Below are positions 31,910 to 44,781 of a stretch of DNA of 64,000 nt, piece by piece. The translations under genes were made by a program, and so were the position numbers. Under the pieces are notes generated by a model. That model had not been told where the DNA came from and ran no database searches. It was given only the letters and a program-made list of their open reading frames with translations. Source of the DNA: the human T2T-CHM13v2.0 reference genome, Homo sapiens; assembly GCF_009914755.1 (NCBI RefSeq), contig NC_060930.1. The stretch is one strand, 5' to 3'. The stretch's first letter is position 1; every line of letters begins with the position of its first letter.

Positions 31910-34149
31910 TGATTCCTCCTCTTTTTCTACCTTACTTTTTTCATTTTCCATAGCACATTTTACCGTCTAACATCTATAAATTATTTCTATTGTTTGTTAT
32001 CTGACCCCACTTCCTAGTAGATTATAAATTCCATGAGAACAGGGATTTTTGTTTTCTTCTTTGGTGAGATCTCAAAGAAACTTGTATAGTGCCTGGCTTA
32101 TGTTAAACATTCAGTAAATGTATATTGAATGAACGAATGAATGAATGAATGGCTCTTGATGGACCTTATCCCATCCTATATATGGAGCATTTGCAAGTGA
32201 ATCTTTTCGATTTGGAAAGTGCTGGATTTGGGGTGAGGGGTAGGGAATGACTGCTTGTTTTCAATCCTTCTTTAGTGTTCATACCACTGAGAGTTGCTTA
32301 AAACAGCCTCAAGAAACCCTGAAAAGCCATAACAGACTAAATGAATATTTTACCAATTTAGTGGGTAGGGTGGGGAGCTATTCTCTCATGAATGGATAAT
32401 GACCTTAAGTAACTGTGACTGCTCTGTATGGCAGCATTGCAAAGGTCAATGTGGGAACATCTTTCTCAGAAAGGAAGTGTGGTGGGGGTTGTATTTTAAT
32501 TCAACCATTTGTGTTCTTGTGTATTTCACAACAAAACCTAATGAGACCAAATGAGTGCTAGAAATTCTGTGGGCAAGAGATATTATATAATAATTTTATT
32601 ACGTATGCTTTTAAAAAATATCGTCTATTATTTTCCTAAAGGTATATAATTGTGTTAAAACAGATTTCCTCTATGTGCTCTAAATATAAAGGAGACTAAT
32701 TATTTCTCCCCTTTTCTTCTCCCAGTAGAATGGATTTTTTTTCTTGGTTCAATCTTTTTATACATAGGTGGATGGAAAGACTCATTATGGCCCATCTTTT
32801 TATTTATGGAGCATTTATTATTCATTATAGGTCTATTCTAGTGGTAAAACCCATTTATGGGAAAGAGTAATAGAATATGAGTGCTAACTTTTTGTGCATT
32901 TGTCATAATTGAAGTTAGTGGTTTTATAAATATGGGATGCTTCCACCATGGGTTTAGAATAGCCCAGCTGCACAATAAATGGCCTAACCATCAGGTCCTA
33001 CCTCTTACAGATCGATAAAACCATGAAATCTTTTTTTCTAAATGGAGTTGAGGAGTCTCCCTTGCTTCCTGTACATTCTGGAAAAAGTGGGATATTGTGT
33101 TTAATCCAAGCCGAGCTCTGGATTTAAATGGGTTGCACCATAGACCTGACTAGTATCTCAAGTCTCCCGTCTTTTCCAGGGGGAGTTAGGTTTTTCTAGT
33201 GAATTCAGATAAGCAAGGCATTTTCACTGAGCATTCTGTGAAAGCATTCTCAAATGAGACATGGATGCTACTGATTTTGCTGATTTCTGATTACAAATGA
33301 CACATTTTAAAAATCACACACATAGAATGAATTGCAGAATTGTTAACTTGCTTTCCCTTTTTTTTCCATCACATTTGATTGCTAAGGGGGATGTGGAGAA
33401 AAGGAGCACTGTTCCCACCCACATCTTAATTAAATAAGGCCTCCATTGGGTTGAGACAAAGTGGGTTTGTATTGCTTTAAGAGAAGATCCGATTGTTTAT
33501 ATCCCTTGCTTGGGTGGATAATTTCCTAATTTCATTTTCCTTTGGAGTGGTGCCACTTTAAACACTTTTAAAGGTACTACAGAAGCCCTTCTGGCCTGGG
33601 TCAGAGAATTCATGTCAGGAAAGTCCATTATTTTATTTCCTTTGCATATTATTTCCCTTTGTGGTTTTGTTTTGTCTTTTTCATCCTGTGATATGAATCT
33701 GGTCCTTATCACTGAGGGCTAAGTCCTGGAAAGTGACTGTTTTTTGGCTTACATATTTTCCTGATTTATTTCTCACTTAGAATATAAGATGCAATCTTAA
33801 TTTTTACTTCTTTTGTGTTAGGTGTTTGCTCACCTAGGCTTATAACACTTTTTGTCCGAAGGTTTCTCCAACTGATTCCCAAGCCTAGACTGTAAGTTTT
33901 GAAATTGGTACTCATGAAGTTTCCTTTATTCCAAAGTATAAGTGTTTACTTAGTACCCATAAGACAGGGCGTAAGAGGCTATATACAAAAATACAAGATA
34001 ATAAAAAAACATGATTGGAAAGAAGACTAGATATTAGAAAATTATTAGAAAACTGATTATGCATTATCGTGATGAAAATTCTTTCTTGTCTGTTTTTCAT
34101 TTCAGCATTTATAGAAATCTATAGTCCTAAAATATTTTACAATTTGATT

Positions 34150-34330
34150 TTATTTTAAAATCCATAATGTAAATTTACCATCTTAGCCATTTTAGGTTTA
34201 CGGTTCGGTAGTGTTAAGTATATTCACATCGTTGTGCAACAGACCTCCCGAACTTTTTCATCTTGCAAAATGAAAACTCTGTGCCCATTCAACAACTTCC
34301 CATCCCCCCACCCCACCACTTACCCTCTGT
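34150..34330 (-). mobile_element. Short L1M 3'-end fragment
   Basis: aaatttaccatcttagccatttt...gaactttttcatcttgcaaaatgaaaactctg. Confidence 0.65.
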
Positions 34331-34754
34331 AATGTTTTTTTAAAAAAACTTCAGATGAATCAAATGCAAAACATTATTGACACCAATGAAAGTTTAATCA
34401 CCTGTGTTAAGTAAGACAGTGACATATTGCTGGCATTCCGTCATCTTTTCTTTTTGCTGAGTTTTTCATTTCAATTCAATGCTAAAAAGTTCAAATTAGT
34501 TACTACCCCATGAGGCTTGAAAATGTTCCCTTTGGATAATTTGGGTAATTTCTATATGTGTAGCATTGTGAAGTAAAGTAGTTTTTCCTAAAAAAATTAA
34601 AGTTTAAAAAATGTATTTCTGTTACTCATTTGAAGTTTCATTTAGGATTAAACTTAATATAGGAAAAAGATATGTGGGTATTAATAATAATGATAACTAA
34701 CTCATTGAGTATTTACTATGTGTCAGGCACTCTTTTAATTAATTATTAATAAAT

Positions 34755-34915
34755 TTTTATAGACACGTTCTCTCTCTGTCACCCAGGTGGGAGTGCAATG
34801 GCACAATCATAACTCACCTTAACCTCTAACTCCTGGGTACAAGCGATCCTCCTGCCTCATCCAGATAATTTTTTAATTTTTTGTCGAAATGGAGTCTCAC
34901 TATGTTGCTCAGCCT
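34755..34915 (-). mobile_element. Partial Alu within MIR-like sequence
   Basis: Alu fragments ctctgtcacccagg...gcgatcctcctgcctc...ctcactatgttgc. Confidence 0.7.
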
Positions 34916-35264
34916 GTGATACTATTTTAAATGCCTGCAATCTTCTCAGTTACCCTATGATGCAGGTTACTATTATAATCTCACTTTTACTCCTGAGTAA
35001 ACTAGCGAGGCACAGAAAAGTTAGGTAATCACCCTAAGTTCCAGGCCTTATGCAAAGCATAGCCAGTATTTAATCCTCAGAACCCTGCCTTGAGTTTGCA
35101 TTCTTAATCCCTATACTATGCTGCCTTCTAGGTCAATAAGCATGTCAAATGAAAATATTGGTGGATTATTATCAAGGAATATGCAAATGTATACAGGAGA
35201 AATGGAAAGTAGAGGAGAAAAAAACTCCTATTTCTTTGGTCTGTAATTTATGCCAAACCCTTTA

Positions 35265-35267
<3 letters not shown>

Positions 35268-35307
<40 letters not shown>

Positions 35308-35587
35308 AGACGGAGCCTTGCTCTGTCACCCAGGCTGGAGTGCAGTGGCAAGATCTCGGCTCACTGCAAGCCCCGCCTCCCAGGTTCAAGCCATTCTCCT
35401 GCCTGAGCCTCGGAGTAGCTGGGACTACAGGCACCCGCCACCATGCCCGGCTAATTTTTTTGTATTTTTAATAGAGACGGGGTTTTACTGTGTTAGCCAG
35501 GATGGTCTCGATCTCCTGACCTCGTGATCCGCCCGCCTCGGCCTCCCAAAGTGCTGGGATTACTGGCGTGAGCCAACACGTCCGGCC
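35268..35587 (-). mobile_element. AluY with long pure poly-A tail (~39 T on + strand)
   Basis: Y-type diagnostics; TACAA on both flanks. Confidence 0.92.
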
Positions 35588-35999
35588 TACAAGATATTTT
35601 AATCATCCTAACGTCTATTCATGCTAGGTTTTAGTGCCTGTGTTTTCACATGTGGAAATAAAGGCTCAGAGAAGTTGGGGAGTTTGCCTGTGTTCACCTA
35701 CCAATAACTTGCAGGGTCTGGATTTGAACACAAAGGTATATTCTTAAGAGGACTGGAATACATCCTATATAAAAGTATTCTATTATATAGAGTCTATTAT
35801 ATATAATGTAATATAACATCGTGAACTTCTATATAAATATTATATAGGAATGATATTTATTTTATACCTTTCTGTAAATATTATACAGGAAACAATATAG
35901 GACAAGAATACTTCTACACATAACATATTCTAGACCTCTTAAGAATTATATATATTATATATATGTCTATGTAGTATATAGCAGTCTATTCTTTTTAAA

Positions 36000-36148
36000 T
36001 TAAATTAAATTTTATTTATTATTATTTTTTAGAGTGATGGTGTCTCACTGTATTGCCCAGGGTGGTCTCGAACTCTGGGCTCAAGTGATCCTCCTGTCTC
36101 GGCCTCTCAAAGCTTTGGGATTACAGGCATGAGCTGCCACACCCAGCC
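36000..36148 (-). mobile_element. Alu left monomer (FLAM-like)
   Basis: Single arm; TSD CAGTCTATTCT. Confidence 0.8.
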
Positions 36149-36843
36149 CAGTCTATTCTAACCTATTGTATGAAATATTCTATTATATATAGTATGTATT
36201 AAGATAAATATATTCTTCCTTCTACATTTCATAGCCTTTCAGTCTTCAAGAAGGATGAGACCCTGATATTACCCAAATAATCACAATATTTGAAACACAG
36301 AGTGGCAAGGAGGGATTATTGAAAAGAGCATAATGTCTAAGTACAAACTTAGCTTTGCTATCAAACCTTAAGTGTTACAGTTTCAGCTACAGTGAAAAGT
36401 TACCTTTCCCCAAACTGCATTTTTGTGTTTATCTTAGAAAATAAAAACTTCAGTTGAAACTACCCATTTTCCTATCACTGCAGGGTTGGGCAGGAATCAG
36501 GTGTAGTTTATCTTTCCTGCTTTAGTTTAGGCCTGGACCAGTTTTGCCAAAGGAATACTGTTCTTTACAAATACTGTGCTCTCTGTTGTGTAGGCAAGAT
36601 GGTAGGTAGTGGACAGAATGTGAAGAATGCTCCAGAAAATAAACTTTTTAATCATCTTAAGAAACCTGGTCTGATTGGATATGTAAAATGAAAGTAATAA
36701 ACATGGATTTGGGGAAATTCCTACTCAAATCTTCTTACAACTTAGACTGGTTATCCCCACCTACCTGAGTTGGTGTTGTTTTAATATGTATTGTTCATGG
36801 CTCAACTCAATAAAAAATAGGCTTTTAAAGATTATACATTTTT

Positions 36844-37082
36844 GGCCAGGCGCTGTGGCCCACGCCTGTAATCCTAGCACTTTGGGAGTCCTAGGCAGGC
36901 GGATCACAAGGTCAGGAGTTCGAAACCAGTGGGGGGCGCCTGTAATCCCAGCTACTCAGGAGGCTGAGGCAGGAGAATCGCTTGACCCGGGAGGCAGAGG
37001 TTGCAGTGAGCCGAGATTGTGACACTGCACTCCAGCCTGGGCGACAGAGGGAGACTCCATCTCAAAACAAAACAAAACAAAA
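36844..37082 (+). mobile_element. Alu with internal deletion of the central linker
   Basis: ...cgaaaccag joined directly to tggggggcgcctgtaatc; TSD AAAAGATTATACATTTTT. Confidence 0.9.
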
Positions 37083-37189
37083 GATTATACATTTTTTTTC
37101 ATGACCCCCCTGAAAAGATCAACCTAAAATATAAAGAATTTCAGCCACCTTTACCCCAGGGCAATAGAATTAGATCTTTAAATGAGTTG

Positions 37190-37520
<331 letters not shown>

Positions 37521-37758
37521 TCATTTAGGATGCTTTAGTGTCACTAAGATTTCTTTTCTATCTAATCTTGCTTGCTGTTGACTGATGAAATGAGATATTA
37601 TCCCATCTTGATCAAAGGTGTTGAGTCCCTGAAATGTGTAGATTGAAAGCAGATCATGGAGAAGGGTGTTAGAAGTTCAGGCTCTCTGGAGCTTCTCTTC
37701 CAATGGCTATTGTTTATGATCTCTTAGTTTGAAAAGCTTCATTACCATTTACAGCTGA

Positions 37759-38075
<317 letters not shown>

Positions 38076-38626
38076 TGCGAGATTCACTTTAAAATCAGTT
38101 CTCTAGCCTGTTCTTTTTGGGACGAGATTAGAGTGTAATTTCTCTAGGGATGATTATCATTATTCGTATTTCAAACATTGGTCCCCTCTGTGGTGTCACT
38201 GTGTCTTAGGTTTACCATCTTTTACTGTAAAGAAACAGGAAATGGAAACACGCAAGCTTTTCTTTGAACTAGATGAATTCAAAAACACCTGTCTTAGGCA
38301 TTCGTGTTTCTTATGAGTTTGCGAGAGTCCGAGTGAAGGGGAAGGACAGGCTGTGTTACACGTAGCACTCAAATCTTCGCTTCTAATTACTCTCCTGAGA
38401 TTGCTTGTACTTCCTGGCCCTTCTGGGATTGAGGACTTGCTCATTGTTTGAATCTTGGACCTTTATTCCTTCGGAATTAGAACCATAGGTCCCCATGGGC
38501 TGATCTCCCATGTCCATTCCCTTCTGCTGTTTGCGCAGGTCTAAGACAATCACCTCTTCCCTCCTCCCACCTCGGTCTTATCTGTGACCTCCTACTACCT
38601 GAAATTTGTAAACTATTATATACTTT

Positions 38627-39178
38627 TGTTACAGGAACTGGGTCCTGCTCAAGACCCCAAGAGAGGGTTCTTGGATCTCGGACAAGAAAGAATTCAGGGG
38701 GAGTCCATAAAGTGAAGTGAAAGCAAGTTTATTAAGAAAGTAAAGGAATAAGAGAATGGTTACTCCATAGACGGAGCAGCCCTGAGGGCTGCTGGTTGCC
38801 GTTTTTATGGTTATGTCATGATTACATGCTAAACAAGGGGTGGATTGTTCATGCCTCCCCTTTTTAGACCGTATAGGGTAACTTCCTAACATTGCCATGC
38901 CATTTGTAAACTGTCATAGCGCTGGTGGGAGTGTAGCAGTGAGGATGAACAGAGATCACTCTTGTGGCCATCTTGGTTTTGGTGGGTTTTAGCTGGCTTC
39001 TTTATTGCAACCTGTTTTGTCATCAAGATCTTTAAGACCTGTATCTTGTGTTGACCTCCTAGCTCATCCTGTGATTTGGAATGCCCTAACCATCTGGAAT
39101 GCAGCCCAGCAGGTCTTAGCCTCCTTGTACCCAGCCTCTATTCAAGATGGAGTTGCTCTGGCTCACACGCCTCTGACA
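38627..39178 (-). mobile_element. MER41A solo LTR (ERV1)
   Basis: 552 bp; minus strand reads TGTCAGAGGCG...CCTGTAACA, matching recalled MER41A text throughout; 4-bp TSD CTTT at 38623-38626 and 39179-39182. Confidence 0.9.
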
Positions 39179-39687
39179 CTTTTACAAAAACAAAACAACT
39201 ATTACAAAACATCCTTTTAATTAAAAAAAAAAAAAAAAAAAAAAGGAAAAAATAAAATGAATATTTGTTCAAGTATGTCTGGAAGGATACACGAGACACT
39301 AATAAAAGTGGAGAATTGCTTGTGGAGTAAGGCTGAGGTTCAAGTCTAATAGTTGGGAGGCGGGGTGAGAGTGAGAATTTACACTGTATCCTTTTATAAT
39401 TTGAACTCTGTGAGAATGTACTACCATTTTAAAAATACCCATTTAAAATTAACTTTAAAAAGTGTTCTGCTGTCTGCTTTCTTAAGAAAAATCAGAAAGC
39501 AGCGTACCTCTGGTGGGAAAGTTGGAATCTTTACAATTATGAACTCAGATTGGAGAATACAAAGCAGGAGTCTTTTGGTTACACACACCTGGGTTCAACC
39601 AGGTTCCTACTGTGTGACTGGAAAATGTATTTAGTCTCTGTAAGTCTCAATACCCTTATCTGAGGAGGAAAATAAAAATAATTGCTT

Positions 39688-40245
39688 AGCTGAGCGCAGT
39701 GGCTCACGCCTGTCATCCCAGCACTTTGGAGGCTGAGGCAGGCGGATCACTTGAGGTCAGGAGTTCGAGACCAGCCTGGCCAACATGGCGAAAACCCATC
39801 TCTACTAAAAATGCAAAAATTAGCCGGGCATGGTGGCGCATGCCTGTAATCCCAGCTACTCAGGAGGCTGAGGCAGGAGAATGAGTCAGGAGTTCAAGAC
39901 CAGCCTGGCCAACATGGGGAAACCCCATCTCTACTAAAAATACAAAAATTAGCCAGTCATGGTGGCGCACGCCTTTAATCCCAGCTACTCAGAAGGCTGA
40001 GGCAGGAGTTCAATACCAGCCTGGCCAACATGGCCAAACCCCATCTCTACTAAAAATATAAAAATTAGCCAGGCATGGTGGCGCATGCCTGTAATCCCAG
40101 CTACTCAGTAGGCTGAGGCAGGAGAATCGCTTGAACCCGGGAGGCAGAGGTTACAGTGAGCCAAGATGGCCCCACTGTACTCCAGCTTGAGTGACAAAGT
40201 GAGATTCCATCTGAAAACAAAAATAACAATAATAATAAGAAGAAG
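39688..40245 (+). mobile_element. Alu with an internally triplicated central segment
   Basis: Three copies of caggagttc...aggctgagg starting at 39758, 39887 and 40003; single TSD AATTGCTTA. Confidence 0.92.
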
Positions 40246-40540
40246 AATTGCTTAGCTTATCTTTTAGGGATAGTGGGTAGAAAATAAATAGGAAAATGTT
40301 CTCCAAGCACATAAGAAATAGATGATTACTATCAGATTTCTGGGTGAAATTGCGACAGTAATTTCCCAAGAGGAGGAAGGAACACAGATCTTCCTCTTTC
40401 TTAAGTCCTGGCCAAGTTTCAAACTCTTGAGTGGGTAAAGAGGGGCTATATTAGTTCTCCTTTCATATTTCTGCCCTCAAAAACCTAGAGAATCTGTGGT
40501 GACTACTGGAAGAAAATTCAATTTAAAAACATTTATTTGA

Positions 40541-41410
<870 letters not shown>

Positions 41411-43559
41411 AGAAGTAGAAGAGGATGCTAGACATGCCTTTCCTCCTTCCCCCCAAAAAGACACTTAGGTCCCCAATATCTACTCTGTGCGATATATTAT
41501 TTTGGGCATTATGGGAATGACATGATAAACACGACATCCCTCAGAAGGCTTAGACTAGAATCATGTGATTATGCAATCGCATACACATGAATTTAGTAAT
41601 GAACAACTTAGTAAGTGCTATAACAGAAATAATAGTTAATAGCTAATATGTATTGAATGCTTTCTAGATCCTAGGTACTGGTCTCAGTATTTTACTTGGT
41701 TTAACCTATTTAGTCTCCAAAAGAACCAGGAAAGTAGTTGCTATCTCTCCATTTTGCAGATGAGGACGCTGAGGCACAGAGAAGTTGGTTGAAAGTGCTT
41801 TTGGAACACAAAGTTCTAGCCCATCAGGATAGTGAGATCTCCATGCAGAGCTACTGTGTGAAGAGAACTTAACATTTTAGGGTAGATTTCACCCGAGAGG
41901 GATAGGGAAACAGTCTAAATTCTAGGAAGAAGGAACAATACATGAAGGAATGGAGCTGAAGAACCGCAGATGTTTAGGAAATGGCAAGAAGTAAAGTTTG
42001 ACTTTAACACCAGGCTTGCAAAAAAGAGATGGAAGGAAAGTGATGGGAAAAATGGTTCGCTGGGACGGGTTGTAAAGCTTGGCTGCCGTTCCAAGTCCAG
42101 CTGGTTCCACAGACTGTAGAATTCTTTAGTAGGGGAGTGGCTGGAGCAGATAAACAAAAAAATCGCCAGACCCCTGAGTGTTTTTAGGTGGGGATGTTGG
42201 CTTTGTATCTCTGCTGTACATTCTTGGGATGTTTTGGAAGGTTTTTGCAAATGTCCTGTTGGGTGGCATTGAAGCGGTTGTTTCTTTAAATGACTTAGCT
42301 CTGCCTTAGTGAAGATCTTGTTAAAAGCAGACCATTTTCTGACATTCTGTTTTCTGCAACTGCTATTGAAGAGGGGCAAAGCCGAGCCAGGCTCTTGTAG
42401 AACACTTTCAACACAAGACAAGTGGTTTTGTGTGTTTCTGTCACAGTTTTACAGTGAGGCCATTCAGTACTCAGAACTGAGAAGATAGCATGGCACGCTT
42501 ATTTAATAGTCTTCTATTTGCTCTTCTATTTTGTCCAGTCATTAAATGGTGTTAGAATTGAGAATTAGGACTCTCTTTCCTCGCCAAAGAAAAACACAAG
42601 TGACTTGTTGACTACAAGATTTACTCTCACAGATATTTCCAGAGTAATATGAAATCCCAGCCAAGTATCCGCAGAAAAAAGCCAGCGGCATATGCTCCAG
42701 CCTCTTTTCCTGAGTGCAGCTCCACAGCTACCTCTCCATGCCCAGAAGGACATCATAAATCATTTCTAATTTATGAGGAGCCCAGTCGTGTACTACACCC
42801 TGCTAGGTGCTGGTGTTTGTCGTCTACAGACTGTGAGCTCCCTTCTTCAGTGCATACAGAGACTTTTTCAGATCATCCATAGGACAGAAGGTTGAGAATT
42901 TTTTTCCCTAGGACTGGCCCAGCCAAGAATTAAGGAGGGAGAAGACAGAAGATTCTTGTCGCTCAGGGTTTTGCCACAAGCCTCACTTGCTTTTTCCCAA
43001 ATTGAGGACTGGGAAGGGGCAGAAACAATACCATTCTCATGATTAGCTATTTTCTTTTATTCAACAAATACACATATTTTTTCAAAGCCAACAGCCTGCA
43101 AGTCAACGTTGGGGACACAGCAGTAAGCAAAACAGAATTTTGGTTCTCAATGAGATTATACTTACACATGTTAGGAGGTGACGATGGGTTTTGCAGGGAA
43201 AGAAGAGATAAAGTTGGGAAGGGGAATAGCCATTCTACATCAGGAGTTCAGGGAAGGGACTTCCACTAAGGTGACCTTTGAGCAGAGACTTGTGGGACAG
43301 GATGGAGTGAGTCTAGCAGTTGTCTGGGGATATGGCCTCCTGGGAAGGACAGAGGCCACCATGCAGGGCCCCAAGAAATTGAAGCCAAGAGCCAGAAAGA
43401 AGTGGTTAGGAGCCAGGCACGTGGGAGGCGGGACAGCCTAAGGGGCTGCGGTGAGTTCAGGGATTGTTGGAAGTAAGATGGGCAGCCATGGGAAGTTTTT
43501 GGAAGATTACCAGAGTATAAGCCTGAAGTCAGGAAAATACAGGGCAGTGTTTCCTTCAC

Positions 43560-44756
43560 TTCCCAGAGAGAATTAGAGTGTGCGCTGCTGTTATCAGAAT
43601 TGAACTGTCAAAACATCAATTAGCCCAATGCAGAGTGAAACAGAAATCATGGCTTTGTTTGATCTTGGTATAAAAAAAGCTCTTATGCTTTTCCAGTTGG
43701 GATAAAAGTGAGAGGCCATGAGTCATTTATTTACTCAACTGGCGATAATACTTTTCATGGAGACACCTTAGCTACTGTATTCAGCTACGACATTCAGCGA
43801 CCTGTGCCCCACTAGCGTCTTCCCTGGCAGTATCTTGGTTGTGCTGTAGCTGTGGTGCATAGATTTCTGTGCATAGATTGGTGTAAGCTTCAAAGTCAAA
43901 GAGCAGCTGGTGGGATACTTGGGATCAGATTCGAGCAGGCTGCAATAACAGCAGGCTCTCAGTGATGACCTGGAGCCGACTGCTGCCGTTTTCTGCTCAC
44001 AAACAACTGACTTTAGTCCGGAGATACAGAGAGCTTGGGTTAGATTGATGCGCAGAAGTTACAGGGAGTGCGATTTGACTCCTTCTCTGGAATACCTTCC
44101 TCAAAATGAGGGTGATCGATACTGAAGTGGGTTGCGCCTTAAAGTGAGCATCTTCCCTCTGAATGATTTTAAGCAGGTGAGCACATCTCAGGAATATTCT
44201 GAGACAGCCCCTGCTTTGTGCGGTGTGTTGGACTAGAATGACCTCTCAGATTCATTGCAATGCAAACCCCCTCTGAGCCCATGAAAAAGTGTCCAGTGAA
44301 TGTGCTCTGCAAACATGCAGGCACTATATAAACAAGAGGCAAATATTTTAAAAGGTGAAGAATGAGATACTTGTACTGCTGTGAGAGCGGTGGTTGGAAT
44401 GTTGTGCCCCAGCAACATACTTTCCGTGCTCGGTCGCCTGCAGTTTGTTCTCATTGGCCCTGTACAGAGGTATCCGCATTGTGTGTTAAATACGCTCTCA
44501 GCGAAAGACCAAACAAATAGCCAACGGCATTTTCCTATCAGAGCCTGTTTATAGGAGGTAGAGCAAAAGAACAAAGCTGTTGGTTTTGATTCTTGGCAGG
44601 AAGCCAAGGCTGCTGCTTCAAAGCTCCAGAGTTTACAAGGAAGAAAGAGGGGGAATTTTTAGTTTACAAGGAAGAAAGGGGGAATTTTTAGCTGAGACTA
44701 AGTTAGAATTTAAGCAAAACTCAAAACTAAAACTAAAGAATCCTCCGGGATCCATA
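43560..44756 (+). promoter_or_regulatory. Putative intronic promoter/enhancer
   Basis: No recognisable repeats and visibly more CpG than the flanking unique intron. AP-1 TGAGTCA 43719-43725, TATATAAA near 44325, reverse CCAAT (ATTGG) near 44453, forkhead/SOX-like TGTTTAT and AACAAAG motifs. Confidence 0.4.
44630..44689. repeat. 31/29-bp tandem duplication
   Basis: AGTTTACAAGGAAGAAAG(AG)GGGGAATTTTT twice. Confidence 0.9.
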
Positions 44757-44781
44757 ATGGAAAGGCAGAATAAGAAACCTG
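44757..44781 (+). CDS. Candidate coding part of an alternative first exon (MERQNKKP, phase-1 donor)
   Basis: ATAATGG Kozak context (A at -3, G at +4), 8 codons + 1 nt, then CTG|GTATGT donor; frame-compatible with exon 47706. No transcript evidence available here. Confidence 0.45.

Noticed and set aside
32726-32767. Another 42-nt phase-1 open segment after a strong acceptor (ACTAAT...TTCTCCCAG)
   Set aside because: U-rich body, hydrophobic peptide out of character for this disordered region, and a weak TAG|GTGGAT donor; more likely a pseudo-exon.
41915-42421. Longest ORF in the track (168 aa, minus strand)
   Set aside because: Non-ATG start, no recognisable domain or splice context; consistent with chance in 64 kb.
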